Source: a virus
Taxonomy: Duplodnaviria > Caudoviricetes
Length of the DNA stretch: 64,000 bases
IMG/VR virus record: IMGVR_UViG_3300044796_000401
Strand: one strand, 5' to 3'
This document shows positions 36,466-45,362 of this stretch, one piece after another. Under the pieces are notes generated by a model that was not told the DNA's origin, ran no database searches, and saw only the letters and a program-made list of their open reading frames with translations. The position numbers and the translations under genes are program-made. Each line of letters starts with the position of its first letter. Within the stretch, counting starts at the first letter, position 1.

Positions 36466-38601
36466 GTGGAATCTATGGGTCCTCGTCAAGCGCCAGAAAT
36501 CTACGAACTGATCGTCGGGAAAACGGATTACCCGTACCTCGACGGGACCGTCCATCTCTTCGTCGGCGGCTCCGCGGCGCACGGCGCGAAGCTCGAAGGC
36601 AAAAGCGACTTCGACCTGCTCGGCGTGTACGTCCCACCGATAGAGGAGGTCGTCGGCGTCCGCGGCGTGGACGAGCATTGGGTCTGGAGCACGGCGGGGG
36701 ACAAGGTGCGCAACGGCGCGAACGACATCGACATGAACATGTACTCCCTTCGCAAATGGGCAAGGATGGCAACATCCGGCAACCCGAGCGCCATCGAGTT
36801 CATGTTCGTGGACAACCTCGCTCCCAAGAGCGACATCTGGGAGCGCTTCGTCACGCCGAACATCCCCGTGTTCCTGAGTTCCCACGCCGGGCTGCACTTC
36901 CAGAAATTCTGCGAGCACATGCTCCGCACGCTCAAGGGCGAGGGGCAGGGCAAGCGTGGAAAGCGGCTGGACTTGATCGCCGAGTTCGGCTACGATTGCT
37001 ACGACGACAGTCAAACCGAGTTTCTTACCGACCGTGGTTGGAAGAAATTCGATGGTGTGTTAAATTCAGACAAGGTAGCTGCTTTCGACCCGCTCACAGG
37101 CGAGATCAAGTTTGAAACTCCGCTATCTAAAATAGACAAACATTACTCTGGGTTGTTGTATGAAGTAGAGCCCCAGCTTACACGATGCGTAGTAACTCCC
37201 AACCACAACATGGCAGTTTCTCCAGCTTCCCGCAACCCAAAAACAAACTTCAGCACTAAATTTGATCCCGGCAAGGCAGACTGGGGTCTTGTTCCTATTT
37301 CAAGTTTAATGTCCGGGGTCAAAAAGCGTGTAGCGCGTTCTATGTACCACATTCGCCGCGCAGGATCGAGACGGGATCAAAGATTTGATGTTCAATCCGA
37401 ATACCTGCTCTTGGCTGGGATGTACTTGTCCGAAGGTTCAATCGCCTTTTACAAAAGTAAAACGGGGAAAAAAGTGAAAGCCGCCCGTCTCACCCGGACT
37501 AAAGAAGGCAAAGACGAATACTATAAGTATGCCGATAGGCTGATTCGTTTATTCCAAGGGCACCGCCATGACTATCCCCGTAAGCATGTTGAGTGTGAAA
37601 CCACTTGGGTTTTTCCTCGTAAAATTGCTAGACAGATATACGCAGATTTTGGACATCATAAGGAAAAGCACCTTCCCGATTGGTGTTTTCGGTTATCATA
37701 CGATCAGGCATGGGAGATGTGGAACGGCTTGTGCTTGGGGGATGGAACTCGCATTAAAACAAAGCGGAGCGTAGGGCAGGGCGTTGTATTTTACACATCT
37801 GTCAAGAATCTGGCGGATGACATACATGCAATGATGGTTTCATCCGGGCACATATGCGTGGTAAACGGACCATATGGCCCCTATGGATACGAACCGAAAA
37901 GCGCGTTCGGTGATTGTGCGATGTACCAAGTATATCGTCCAGACGATCAAAATCCGTATCGATGTGTGAATTTTAGAAGCGGTATCTTGAAAACCGGAGA
38001 GGAACCGGACCTCGAAAAGGGATACTCTATCAAAGAATCCCTCGTAGAAAACCGTCGAATCGTTTGCTTTGAAATGCCATCTGGCACGCTTATAACTCGC
38101 AGTAATGGACGACCCGCATTCCAAGGCAATAGCAAGGCAGCTATGCACCTGATCCGCGTGCTCAACGAGGGCATCGAGCTCATGGAGACGGGCAGGATCA
38201 CGCTGCCCCGCCCCGAGAAGGAGCACCTGATCGACATACGGAAGGGCAAAGCCGGAACCCTGAAGGACATCGAGGACATCGCGCAAGCGCTTTTCACCCG
38301 GCTCGAATCCGCACGGCTGGCCTCCGCCCTGCCACCGGCGGTCGATCTCGGCAAGGTCAGCGGCATCATTACCTCCGCGCAGGAGACGGTCTGGAACCAA
38401 AGCAACGAGGTCTTGCAGATCATAAGCAAGGCGTTCTCCGTATCAGCGTGGTGGATCGCCTCGCACAACAAAGCCAACCCGACGCCCTTGACAGGGAAAT
38501 GGGATGAGTGGCAAGATCAGAAGTGGGTCGAGAGGGAGATGGTCAAGGTGGCGATGGACCTCCACGAGAAGGAGAAGGCCGATGCCAAAAAAGGCGTCTA
38601 A
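36466..38601 (+). CDS. Pol-beta-superfamily nucleotidyltransferase (Nuc-transf/RlaP-like) with an intein
   Basis: GSAAHG...KSDFDLLGVY, SLRKW....GNP..IE, GYD|SKAAMHLIR, ITLPRPE..L..IRKG. Confidence 0.8.
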   Translation: MESMGPRQAPEIYELIVGKTDYPYLDGTVHLFVGGSAAHGAKLEGKSDFDLLGVYVPPIEEVVGVRGVDEHWVWSTAGDKVRNGANDIDMNMYSLRKWARMATSGNPSAIEFMFVDNLAPKSDIWERFVTPNIPVFLSSHAGLHFQKFCEHMLRTLKGEGQGKRGKRLDLIAEFGYDCYDDSQTEFLTDRGWKKFDGVLNSDKVAAFDPLTGEIKFETPLSKIDKHYSGLLYEVEPQLTRCVVTPNHNMAVSPASRNPKTNFSTKFDPGKADWGLVPISSLMSGVKKRVARSMYHIRRAGSRRDQRFDVQSEYLLLAGMYLSEGSIAFYKSKTGKKVKAARLTRTKEGKDEYYKYADRLIRLFQGHRHDYPRKHVECETTWVFPRKIARQIYADFGHHKEKHLPDWCFRLSYDQAWEMWNGLCLGDGTRIKTKRSVGQGVVFYTSVKNLADDIHAMMVSSGHICVVNGPYGPYGYEPKSAFGDCAMYQVYRPDDQNPYRCVNFRSGILKTGEEPDLEKGYSIKESLVENRRIVCFEMPSGTLITRSNGRPAFQGNSKAAMHLIRVLNEGIELMETGRITLPRPEKEHLIDIRKGKAGTLKDIEDIAQALFTRLESARLASALPPAVDLGKVSGIITSAQETVWNQSNEVLQIISKAFSVSAWWIASHNKANPTPLTGKWDEWQDQKWVEREMVKVAMDLHEKEKADAKKGV
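36997..38130 (+). mobile_element. Intein (378 aa) with a LAGLIDADG-type endonuclease
   Basis: Starts CYDDSQTEFLTDRGW, ends TLITRSNGRPAFQGN followed by Ser+1; LAGMYLSEGS and GLCLGDG motifs. Confidence 0.88.
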
Positions 38602-38860
38602 ACCCAGCAGCAGCAGCGTCGAGAAGAGCATCATGGACTGGGCCAACGACCCCCTGTCCTCGGCGAATGTCGAGGACCCGGTGGATTCGCTGGAGGAGGA
38701 AATCCGCAAGCTTCCTTGCTACAGCACCAAAGTTCTCGCGTCAAGCGGTATTCATGCGACGGCTTGCGTGCAAGTGGAAGACGTGATGCTCGCCATCCGG
38801 CGCTACAGGGCAAGGATTTGGGAACTCAAGGAAAAGGGAACCCGAGGAGAAAAACGATGA
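38582..38860 (+). CDS. Hypothetical protein
   Basis: ATG after GGAGAAGG; overlaps the previous stop. Confidence 0.5.
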   Translation: MPKKASKPSSSSVEKSIMDWANDPLSSANVEDPVDSLEEEIRKLPCYSTKVLASSGIHATACVQVEDVMLAIRRYRARIWELKEKGTRGEKR

Positions 38861-39141
38861 ATTTCAAGACATGGATACCGTATTGCGCAGTACCGCACAA
38901 ATGACAGGTGCGGCCACGTGTTCTTCACGCTTCATGCGGTGCCCGAACTGGGAGAAAAAGGAGTCATACTTGTTTAAGCATCTTCTTTTGCTGTTGTCAC
39001 GATTGTTCCCTCCGAAGATGGGGAAGTTCGGCGTCTACGTCGAATCGCCGGAACCGGATGAACGGGGATGGGCCGGAAATGTGCGCGAGAAGCGGTACCG
39101 TGACGGCATCGACCGCGTGATGCAGGAGGGGATGTAGAGCC

Positions 39142-39492
39142 ATGAAAAAGCATTTGTTGCCGTTGGCGGGCGTGCTGCTCGGCACAATGTTGTTCTTAAT
39201 GGCTTGTGGTAACCCGCCTGTTTCGTCTTTGTCTCTCGCGGTTACAACAGCGTCTTTGCCAGCAACGGTTGTGGGCCAGTCCTACTCGCAACAGTTGCTT
39301 GCTTCCGGTGGTGTCGGACCGTATCGTTGGTCTGTCATTTCCGGCAGCTTACCCGTGGGTCTCAGTCTCAGCACCACGGGATTGCTTTCGGGTAAGCCTA
39401 CCACGGTAGGACAATTCTCGTTTACGGTTCAGGTAACTGATTCCGCAACTACAGCGGGGGCTGTAGCCCAAATTCAAATGAGGGGGGTTTAA
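39142..39492 (+). CDS. Lipoprotein with a putative Ig (He_PIG-like) domain
   Basis: LMAC lipobox; TTASLP...VGQSYSQQL.ASGG..PY.WSV.SGSLP.GL.L...G.LSG.PT. Confidence 0.75.
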   Translation: MKKHLLPLAGVLLGTMLFLMACGNPPVSSLSLAVTTASLPATVVGQSYSQQLLASGGVGPYRWSVISGSLPVGLSLSTTGLLSGKPTTVGQFSFTVQVTDSATTAGAVAQIQMRGV

Positions 39493-40169
39493 TGAAGAGG
39501 TTTTTCATCGCAGCTTTTCTATCTCTCGGTTTGTCGATGGCCGCATTCTCACAGGATAAGGCCACGGCAAATTTGAGCATCGTCGTCAACGCGGCTGTTG
39601 TTACAATCGCGCCCAGCACGCTTCCGCCGGGCATGGTTGGGACAGTCTACGGCGGCGTGGGCACCACGATTTCGGCGTCAGGGGGTTTGGCACCATACAC
39701 CTTTGCTATCTCGGCTGGCACGCTGCCCGCTGGAGTGGTGTTGGGTTCCTCTACGGGCGCTCTTACAGGGGCACCAACCGCATCCGGTCTGTTTACATTC
39801 ACGGTGAAGGCCACGGATTCCGAGGCTACACCCGCCACGGCAGCACAGGTTTATTCCATCAACGTGCTTGCTACTCTGGCAATTACAACGATCAGTCTGC
39901 CTTCTGCTAATCTCGGTGTGGCTTACTCTTCAAGCGTGGCCGCGTCGGGCGGTCAGTCTCCGTACACCTTCGCAGTAACGCTGGGGTCTTTGCCCACAGG
40001 CTTGACTTTGAATGGTTCGACTGGCGCTATCACAGGAACGCCAACAGCAGCCGGGACATTCACCTTCACGATTACCGTAACCGACTCTGCAACGAATGTG
40101 GCTATGACCCATGTTGAAGCCGTAATCGTAGCTGAAAACAAAGTTAAGACGAAGAAAGGTACTGTCTAA
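39492..40169 (+). CDS. Secreted protein with two He_PIG-like Ig domains
   Basis: Signal peptide; two LP.G..G..Y...ASGG..PYTF....G.LP.G..L....G..TG.PT..G.FTFT repeats. Confidence 0.8.
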   Translation: MKRFFIAAFLSLGLSMAAFSQDKATANLSIVVNAAVVTIAPSTLPPGMVGTVYGGVGTTISASGGLAPYTFAISAGTLPAGVVLGSSTGALTGAPTASGLFTFTVKATDSEATPATAAQVYSINVLATLAITTISLPSANLGVAYSSSVAASGGQSPYTFAVTLGSLPTGLTLNGSTGAITGTPTAAGTFTFTITVTDSATNVAMTHVEAVIVAENKVKTKKGTV

Positions 40170-40816
40170 TGCGCCGGGCACCTGAGGTTTCGTTGGAACT
40201 AACGAAAACCCATCTGGTTATTCGCATTCCGATCAAAGCTCAGCTTGTGCCTATTGCGGAGAAACTAAAAGATAGGGCGGGTTCGCCGCCCTATCTTCCT
40301 CCGCAAACTCTTAAAGTATTTGAAGGCGTGCGCAAAGGACTCCAAAACAAGGAAATCGCCTCAAATATGAACATCTCGGAACGAACTGTGAAATTTCATG
40401 TAACTGAGATTTTTCAGCGTCTTGGGATAACCGGACGAGCAGAAATTCTTAAACGATTCGGCTACTCACTGATGCTGTTGTTTGCTTTGTTTTTGATGCC
40501 GCTCCATGCTCAAGACAAAACGTCAAAGGTTTTTTCGATGTGGGTTGGGCACACGGTGATGCTTACTTGGACTGCCAGCACGAGTTCCGGTGTCACGAGC
40601 TACAACATCTACTCGTCGGCTTCGAGCGGCGGACCGTACACGATTCTGGGTTCAACGTCGGGCTGTTGCAGCTTTCAGGCTTTGAACTTGGTTGCTGGAA
40701 ACACCTATTACTTCGTGGCGACAGCCGTAGCACCGCCGTGCGTCGATGGACAGGACGTACCCTGCGGAGAGAGTATCTACTCTAACGAGGCGACGGCGAC
40801 GCTTCCGACGCCGTAG
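40169..40816 (+). CDS. LuxR-type HTH fused to a TM/signal segment and an FN3-like domain
   Basis: GLQNKEIASNMNISERTVKFHVTEIFQRLG; hydrophobic LMLLFALFLMPL; VMLTWTAS...SYNIYSS...YYFVATAV...ES.YSNEA. Confidence 0.65.
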   Translation: MRRAPEVSLELTKTHLVIRIPIKAQLVPIAEKLKDRAGSPPYLPPQTLKVFEGVRKGLQNKEIASNMNISERTVKFHVTEIFQRLGITGRAEILKRFGYSLMLLFALFLMPLHAQDKTSKVFSMWVGHTVMLTWTASTSSGVTSYNIYSSASSGGPYTILGSTSGCCSFQALNLVAGNTYYFVATAVAPPCVDGQDVPCGESIYSNEATATLPTP

Positions 40817-40847
40817 TTGAAAGGAGCGCGTGATGAAAAGGTATTTG

Positions 40848-41115
40848 CTGCCAGTTGCTGTTGACCGAAATCTTGCTTCGGGCAAAATTCTAGGGAATCA
40901 CTGTATAATTCCCACAAGATAAGAAAGGACTTACGATGAGAAGAGAAGGAAACAGCATTGTGTGGTCGCCAGAGATTGAAAGGCAAATGCTGAAAAACAT
41001 AGCGGATGAACGAAAATGCCCGTGCAATGGGAGTAAAAACTGCCCGGACTGCCAGTTGCTGTTGACCGAAATCTTGCTTCGGGCAAAATTCTAGGGAATC
41101 ACTATATAATTCCCA
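40848..41115 (+). repeat. 67-bp direct repeat (40848-40914 and 41049-41115, one mismatch)
   Basis: CTGCCAGTTGCTGTTGACCGAAATC...GGGAATCACT(G/A)TATAATTCCCA; flanks a 52-aa ORF at 40936-41094. Confidence 0.9.
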
Positions 41116-41138
41116 AAATTTATTAGTAAGGAAAAAAC

Positions 41139-41819
41139 ATGACTGAACGAACAGTTGAGCAAGCGAAGGCGGATTGCATCGCGGCATGGGCCGCGCACCC
41201 GGAGGCGACGCACGGCTGGTGTGTGCATCATGAGGTAGAGATGGAAGAACTAACCGAGCCGATTGAAAACCGAATCCGCTACATTGTAGAAAACAAAGCG
41301 GAAGAAGAAATCGTTACACGCTTGGATAATCTGCGCCCCGTGCTATCCAAAGTTCCCATATTGACACAGAAGGCCTATGATGAAGCCACCGCCCCGGCAT
41401 GGAAGGCCTACCGCGAAGCCACCGCCCCGGCATGGAAGGCCTACGACGAAGCCACCGCCACGGCACGGAAGGCCCACGACAAAACCATTGCCTCGGCATG
41501 GAAGGCCTATGACGAAGCCACCGCCCCGGCATGGAAGGCCTACGACGAAGCCACCGCCACGGCACGGAAGGCCCACGACAAAACCATTGCCTCGGCACAG
41601 AAGGCCTACGACGAAACCGCCGCCCCGGCATGGAAGGCCTACGACGAAGCCACCGCCCCGGCATGGAAGGCCTACCGCGAAGCCATCGCCCCGGCAGAGA
41701 AGGCCTATGGCAAAGCCATCGCCCCGGCACGGAAGGCCTACGGCGAAGCCATCGCCGCGGCGCACAAGCAGGATGTCCCGGACCACACGTGGGACGGAAA
41801 AACCATTTTCCCGAAATAA
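41139..41819 (+). CDS. Protein with 11-aa Ala-rich tandem repeats (KAYDEATAPAW)
   Basis: About 12 imperfect 33-bp repeats in frame; AAGGA Shine-Dalgarno. Confidence 0.75.
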   Translation: MTERTVEQAKADCIAAWAAHPEATHGWCVHHEVEMEELTEPIENRIRYIVENKAEEEIVTRLDNLRPVLSKVPILTQKAYDEATAPAWKAYREATAPAWKAYDEATATARKAHDKTIASAWKAYDEATAPAWKAYDEATATARKAHDKTIASAQKAYDETAAPAWKAYDEATAPAWKAYREAIAPAEKAYGKAIAPARKAYGEAIAAAHKQDVPDHTWDGKTIFPK

Positions 41820-42013
41820 AAGAGAGGCGTAGCATGGACGAAAGCGAAAACGAACGCATAGACCTCGACGTGCAGGACGGGCAGCAGGTGCACCCGCTGG
41901 ACCGCTGCCATTGCGGCAAGGATTCCCACGAGGACGAATCCACCGCCTGGCTGGGGGTCAATAATCCCCAGCCCCAAAGGGCGGGGCTTGGTGAGTTCCA
42001 CTAAGCACATTGA

Positions 42014-42256
42014 CATAAGTTAGCATATTTCGGCGACTTCTGCGAACGCAATGCGATTTACGTTAGCTGGGAACTTTTGGCCGATGCGAAACAGCTTGCT
42101 TCATTCGTGACCGCCGAACTCAACCGTGCGATCTTTACGTATGAGGAAAACGCGTTCATCAACGGCACCGAGCCCGACCGAGCCGATACCATCACCAATG
42201 AACGGATCGCATCGCTTCCCGCCGAAGTCCGGGAAGCCATCAGAGGAGGGAAGTAA
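42014..42256 (+). pseudogene. Possible fragment of an HK97-type major capsid gene
   Basis: Frame without a start codon: HKL...IYVSWELLADAKQLASFVTAELNRAIFTYEENAFINGT. Confidence 0.4.
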
Positions 42257-42669
42257 TGGCAAAAGAGACAGCGAAAAAGAACCACGGGGAGAGAAAAGAC
42301 CCCGGCATGGCGGACAAATTCCGGAACCTGCGCAGGGAGACGAACGCCCTCCGGCCGAAGCAGCGCTGGGTCGGCGAGCACGCCAACCTCGGCCAAGCCG
42401 CCGGGCACTGGGAGCGGTAGTTCGGGGGAACGGAATGATCGAACGATTTTTCAACTGGCTCAGAGCCGCGTTGACATCCGATATGCCACCGGAGCCGGGG
42501 GCCGATCCCAACCCGAATTGCATGGGGCACGGCGCGAACAACGTTCCCGGCTGCATCTGCCGCCTGCTTTACTACCGCCAGTGGTTGGGCCACGACTAGC
42601 GGAAACCCGTTGAAACCGCTGGTTTTAGCCCTGGCCTGATCTTTCTTGAAATATTTTCGACAATTCCCC

Positions 42670-42697
42670 TTGATTTTCCCGCTGTCCGGTGTATTAT
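42670..42697 (+). promoter_or_regulatory. Promoter of tRNA operon 2
   Basis: TTGATT-16-TATTAT. Confidence 0.65.
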
Positions 42698-42725
42698 GTA
42701 GGTGCACAGTATCGTGGTTAAGAAC

Positions 42726-42830
42726 ATGACCCTCAGGAAATCCAATTCGACGAGAGCCGCCCGAAAGCATCAGGGCGACGGCCAGCGGTGGAATACCGCG
42801 GCGGGTCTGTTCGATGGGTGGGACGAGTAA
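42726..42830 (+). CDS. Leader peptide of tRNA operon 2 (MTLRKSNSTRAARKHQGDGQRWNTAAGLFDGWDE)
   Basis: Contains AGG, AAA, AAT, AGA, CGA, AAG, CAT, CAG, CAG, CGG, TGG, AAT; an in-frame GTG at 42714 after AGGTG is an alternative start. Confidence 0.75.
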   Translation: MTLRKSNSTRAARKHQGDGQRWNTAAGLFDGWDE

Positions 42831-42855
42831 GAAGAGTCCCAATCCAAAGAATTCC

Positions 42856-42895
42856 AAACCCGCCGACCGAGAAGGTTCGGCGGGTTTTTTGTTTT
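42856..42895 (+). terminator. Intrinsic terminator/attenuator upstream of tRNA-Trp
   Basis: AAACCCGCCGA/TCGGCGGGTTT stem plus U tract; ACCCGCCG is perfectly complementary to leader segment CGGCGGGT (42799-42806). Confidence 0.85.
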
Positions 42896-42969
42896 AGGGG
42901 AGTCGTCCAACGGTAGGACTCTGGTCTCCAAAACCAGGTATGGCGATTCAAATTCGTCCTCCCCTGCCA
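42896..42969 (+). tRNA. tRNA-Trp(CCA)
   Basis: AGGGGAG/CTCCCCT acceptor, CT-CCA-AA loop, G73-CCA. Confidence 0.88.
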
Positions 42970-43010
42970 AAGTTTAAGCCGTGTCCGTGAGTTAGCCGGG
43001 CACGCAGGGT

Positions 43011-43086
43011 GTGGCCGTGGCAACTATTGGCATGTTGCACCTGTCTGTGGAACAGGGTCTTGTGGGTTCAATTCCCACCGGTCACC
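43011..43086 (+). tRNA. tRNA-His(GTG)
   Basis: GTGGCCG/CGGTCAC acceptor, CT-GTG-GA loop, C73; CCA and G-1 not encoded. Confidence 0.8.
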
Positions 43087-43131
43087 CTTTCGTGACTTCC
43101 TGAGTATTAAGTAGGGTGCTCAGGAGGGTTC

Positions 43132-43974
43132 ATGATGTTTTACACGGTGTACAAGACGGTTAATTTGCTGAACGGTGAGTACTACTTCGGGGTTCACAAG
43201 ACTGAGAATCCCAAGGATGTTTATCTCGGTTCCGGGACATACATCAAGCGAGCCGTTGCCAAGTGCGGGGAACAGAACTTCCGCAAGGAAGTGCTGTTCA
43301 CCTATCTCGATGCGAAGTCGGCGTTCGGTAAGGAGGACGAACTGATTCAAAGTTATCGCGGACGTGATTCGCTGTGTAAGAATCTGAGAAAGGGCGGTAG
43401 CGGTGGGTTTGATTGGATCAATGAGAAGGGATTAAACGGCACCAAAGTAGCTAGGGCGGCTGGGGTAGAAAAAAGACGGAGAGATACTTTTCGTAAACGA
43501 TGGGAGAATGATCCAGCGTTCAGGAAAAAGCTTTCGAAAAACGGACGAAGAGCCCTAAAATGTGTTTCCGATGAAACCAGAAAAAGGAATCTTCTTTTAG
43601 GCGCGAAAGCTTGGAAAGGACAACACCACACTAAAGAGTTTCGAGAACGAAAAAGCCAAGAACAACGCGGAATTAACAATTCCCAATTTGGCTGCCGATG
43701 GATGAGAAAGGAAGGGGTTGTACGGAAGGTTGCTCGAACTGAAGTTGAGAGGGCTTTAACTGAGGGATGGTTATTTGGAAAAGTCGCACCTAAAGTACGA
43801 CAAAAACAAACTAGAAAACCAACATTAAACGAGCAAGCCCCCAAAGGAACCCGTTGGTGTTCTAGTCACAAACAATTTTTGGATGTTCAATTGTTTCACG
43901 GGAAATATAAATATTGTAAGGCATGCCGAAGAACTCAAAGAATTATTCGGCGTCAGCGGTTAGGACATTGGTAA
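43132..43974 (+). CDS. GIY-YIG (Seg-like) homing endonuclease
   Basis: VYKTVNLLNGEYYFGVH......YLGSG; GQHHTKE; paralogue of 32800..33498. Confidence 0.85.
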   Translation: MMFYTVYKTVNLLNGEYYFGVHKTENPKDVYLGSGTYIKRAVAKCGEQNFRKEVLFTYLDAKSAFGKEDELIQSYRGRDSLCKNLRKGGSGGFDWINEKGLNGTKVARAAGVEKRRRDTFRKRWENDPAFRKKLSKNGRRALKCVSDETRKRNLLLGAKAWKGQHHTKEFRERKSQEQRGINNSQFGCRWMRKEGVVRKVARTEVERALTEGWLFGKVAPKVRQKQTRKPTLNEQAPKGTRWCSSHKQFLDVQLFHGKYKYCKACRRTQRIIRRQRLGHW

Positions 43975-43981
43975 AAGTTTT

Positions 43982-44058
43982 GCGCCCGTAGCTCAATGGA
44001 TCAGAGCGTTCGGCTACGAACCGAAAGGCTGCGAGTTCGAGTCCCGCCGGGCGCACCA
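43982..44058 (+). tRNA. tRNA-Arg(ACG)
   Basis: GCGCCCG/CGGGCGC acceptor, CT-ACG-AA loop, CCA. Confidence 0.92.
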
Positions 44059-44079
44059 GATTTTTGAAGAATGGGTTTT

Positions 44080-44157
44080 GCGCCTGTAGCTCAGTTGGAG
44101 CAGAGCGTTCGCCTCCGAAGCGAAAGGTCGCGAGTTCGAGTCTCGCTAGGCGCACCA
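44080..44157 (+). tRNA. tRNA-Arg(CCG)
   Basis: GCGCCTG/TAGGCGC acceptor, CT-CCG-AA loop, CCA. Confidence 0.92.
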
Positions 44158-44162
44158 GATTT

Positions 44163-44254
44163 GAGTTCGGCCCTGTCGGCAACTGGACAGTCGGCTTCGC
44201 TACGAACGCCCAGCCCTTCGGGGAATGCAGGTTCGAGTCCTGTCACCCGTTCCA
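44163..44254 (+). pseudogene. tRNA-like element with an unpaired acceptor stem
   Basis: Intact T arm GCAGG-TTCGAGT-CCTGT, variable arm, D-like hairpin and CCA, but no 5' strand matching CACCCGT. Confidence 0.55.
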
Positions 44255-44258
44255 GTTT

Positions 44259-44334
44259 TGGGAAGTGGCGCAATTGGGAGCGCAGCGGGTTCTGAACCCG
44301 AAGGTTGTTGGTTCGAACCCAACCTTCCCAACCA
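44259..44334 (+). tRNA. tRNA-Gln(CTG)
   Basis: TGGGAAG/CTTCCCA acceptor, TT-CTG-AA loop, CCA. Confidence 0.85.
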
Positions 44335-44339
44335 AGTTT

Positions 44340-44414
44340 TGGGGTGTGGTCTAACGGTAAGGCACCGCACTGTTAATGCGGACGATGAAGGTTCGAGTCC
44401 TTCTGCCCCAGCCA
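44340..44414 (+). tRNA. tRNA-Asn(GTT)
   Basis: TGGGGTG/TGCCCCA acceptor, CT-GTT-AA loop, G73-CCA. Confidence 0.88.
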
Positions 44415-44432
44415 AGTTTTGAAGGGAGACTG

Positions 44433-44579
44433 ATGGGAACAGCTATTGCGGTGATTGCGAGTTTTATCTTGGGCGCTGTCATGGACCACTTCTTGGAAGC
44501 GCGAAGCGCCAAGGCCGTAACGACGGCGATCAAGCATTTGGAAGATAGCGTTGTGGCGGAGATACGGAAGTTGCGGTAA
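44433..44579 (+). CDS. Small single-TM protein (48 aa)
   Basis: GGGAG Shine-Dalgarno; MGTAIAVIASFILGAVM... Confidence 0.5.
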   Translation: MGTAIAVIASFILGAVMDHFLEARSAKAVTTAIKHLEDSVVAEIRKLR

Positions 44580-44590
44580 AAAGTTTCAGT

Positions 44591-44665
44591 TCCCCGTTAG
44601 CTCAGTGGCAGAGCGTTCGGCTGTTAACCGAAGTGTCGGGAGTTCGAATCTCTCACGGGGAGCCA
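44591..44665 (+). tRNA. tRNA-Asn(GTT)
   Basis: TCCCCGT/ACGGGGA acceptor, CT-GTT-AA loop, G73-CCA. Confidence 0.92.
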
Positions 44666-44671
44666 AGATTT

Positions 44672-44746
44672 GGGTCTGTAATTCAGCGGCAGAAAACCTC
44701 GCCCTTAACGAGGGGGCCGAGAGTTCGAGTCTCTCCAGACCCACCA
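44672..44746 (+). tRNA. tRNA-Lys(CTT)
   Basis: GGGTCTG/CAGACCC acceptor, CC-CTT-AA loop, CCA. Confidence 0.85.
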
Positions 44747-44783
44747 AATGCAGACTCTTATTATGAATTCAGTATTAAGAGTC

Positions 44784-45275
44784 ATGGAACAGGAAAAAGT
44801 ATGCTGCCGATGTAAGGCTCCTAAACCAGTTGACGCTTTTAACTGGAAAAATCGAGCTAAAGGAATTCGACAGAGTTTTTGTCGGACGTGTAAAAAGGAG
44901 TATCAAGGCACTTGGTATAAAAATCACAGAGACGAGCAACTAGCACGAATCCTAGCTAGAAAAACTCGTATTGTGAAAGAAAACCAAGATCGCATTTGGG
45001 TTTATTTGAAGGAACATCCATGCGTTGGCTGTCCTGAGAATGATCCGGTTGTTTTAGATTTTGACCATGTACGTGGGGCTAAAAGAGTGGAAATCTCTAC
45101 GATGTTAGCCCACGGATGTGCATGGAAAAGCATCTTGAAAGAGATAGCTAAATGCGAAGTTCGCTGTAGAAATTGCCATCATCGCCGACATGCGGTGGAA
45201 CTTGGCTCTTGGCGAGTAACGCAAGCTTCACAAGATTGCGCTCATAGCTCAACTGGGAGAGCAGGAGACTCTTAA
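44784..45275 (+). CDS. HNH homing endonuclease
   Basis: CCRC...CRTC Zn motif; CVGC...VLDFDHV...EIAKCEVRCRNCH; 3' end overlaps tRNA-Lys. Confidence 0.85.
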   Translation: MEQEKVCCRCKAPKPVDAFNWKNRAKGIRQSFCRTCKKEYQGTWYKNHRDEQLARILARKTRIVKENQDRIWVYLKEHPCVGCPENDPVVLDFDHVRGAKRVEISTMLAHGCAWKSILKEIAKCEVRCRNCHHRRHAVELGSWRVTQASQDCAHSSTGRAGDS

Positions 45276-45313
45276 TCTCAAGGTTGCAGGTTCGACCCCT
45301 GCTGGGCGCACCA
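45238..45313 (+). tRNA. tRNA-Lys(CTT)
   Basis: GCGCTCA/TGGGCGC acceptor, CT-CTT-AA loop, CCA. Confidence 0.9.
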
Positions 45314-45362
45314 GATTAAACTGGAAGGACTTTTGAGTTCTTCTGGTAGAAGGGAAGTTGTT

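Noticed and set aside
41370-41760. 33-bp repeats as a CRISPR array or guide array
   Set aside because: In-frame coding repeats within a gene with a good Shine-Dalgarno; no spacers.
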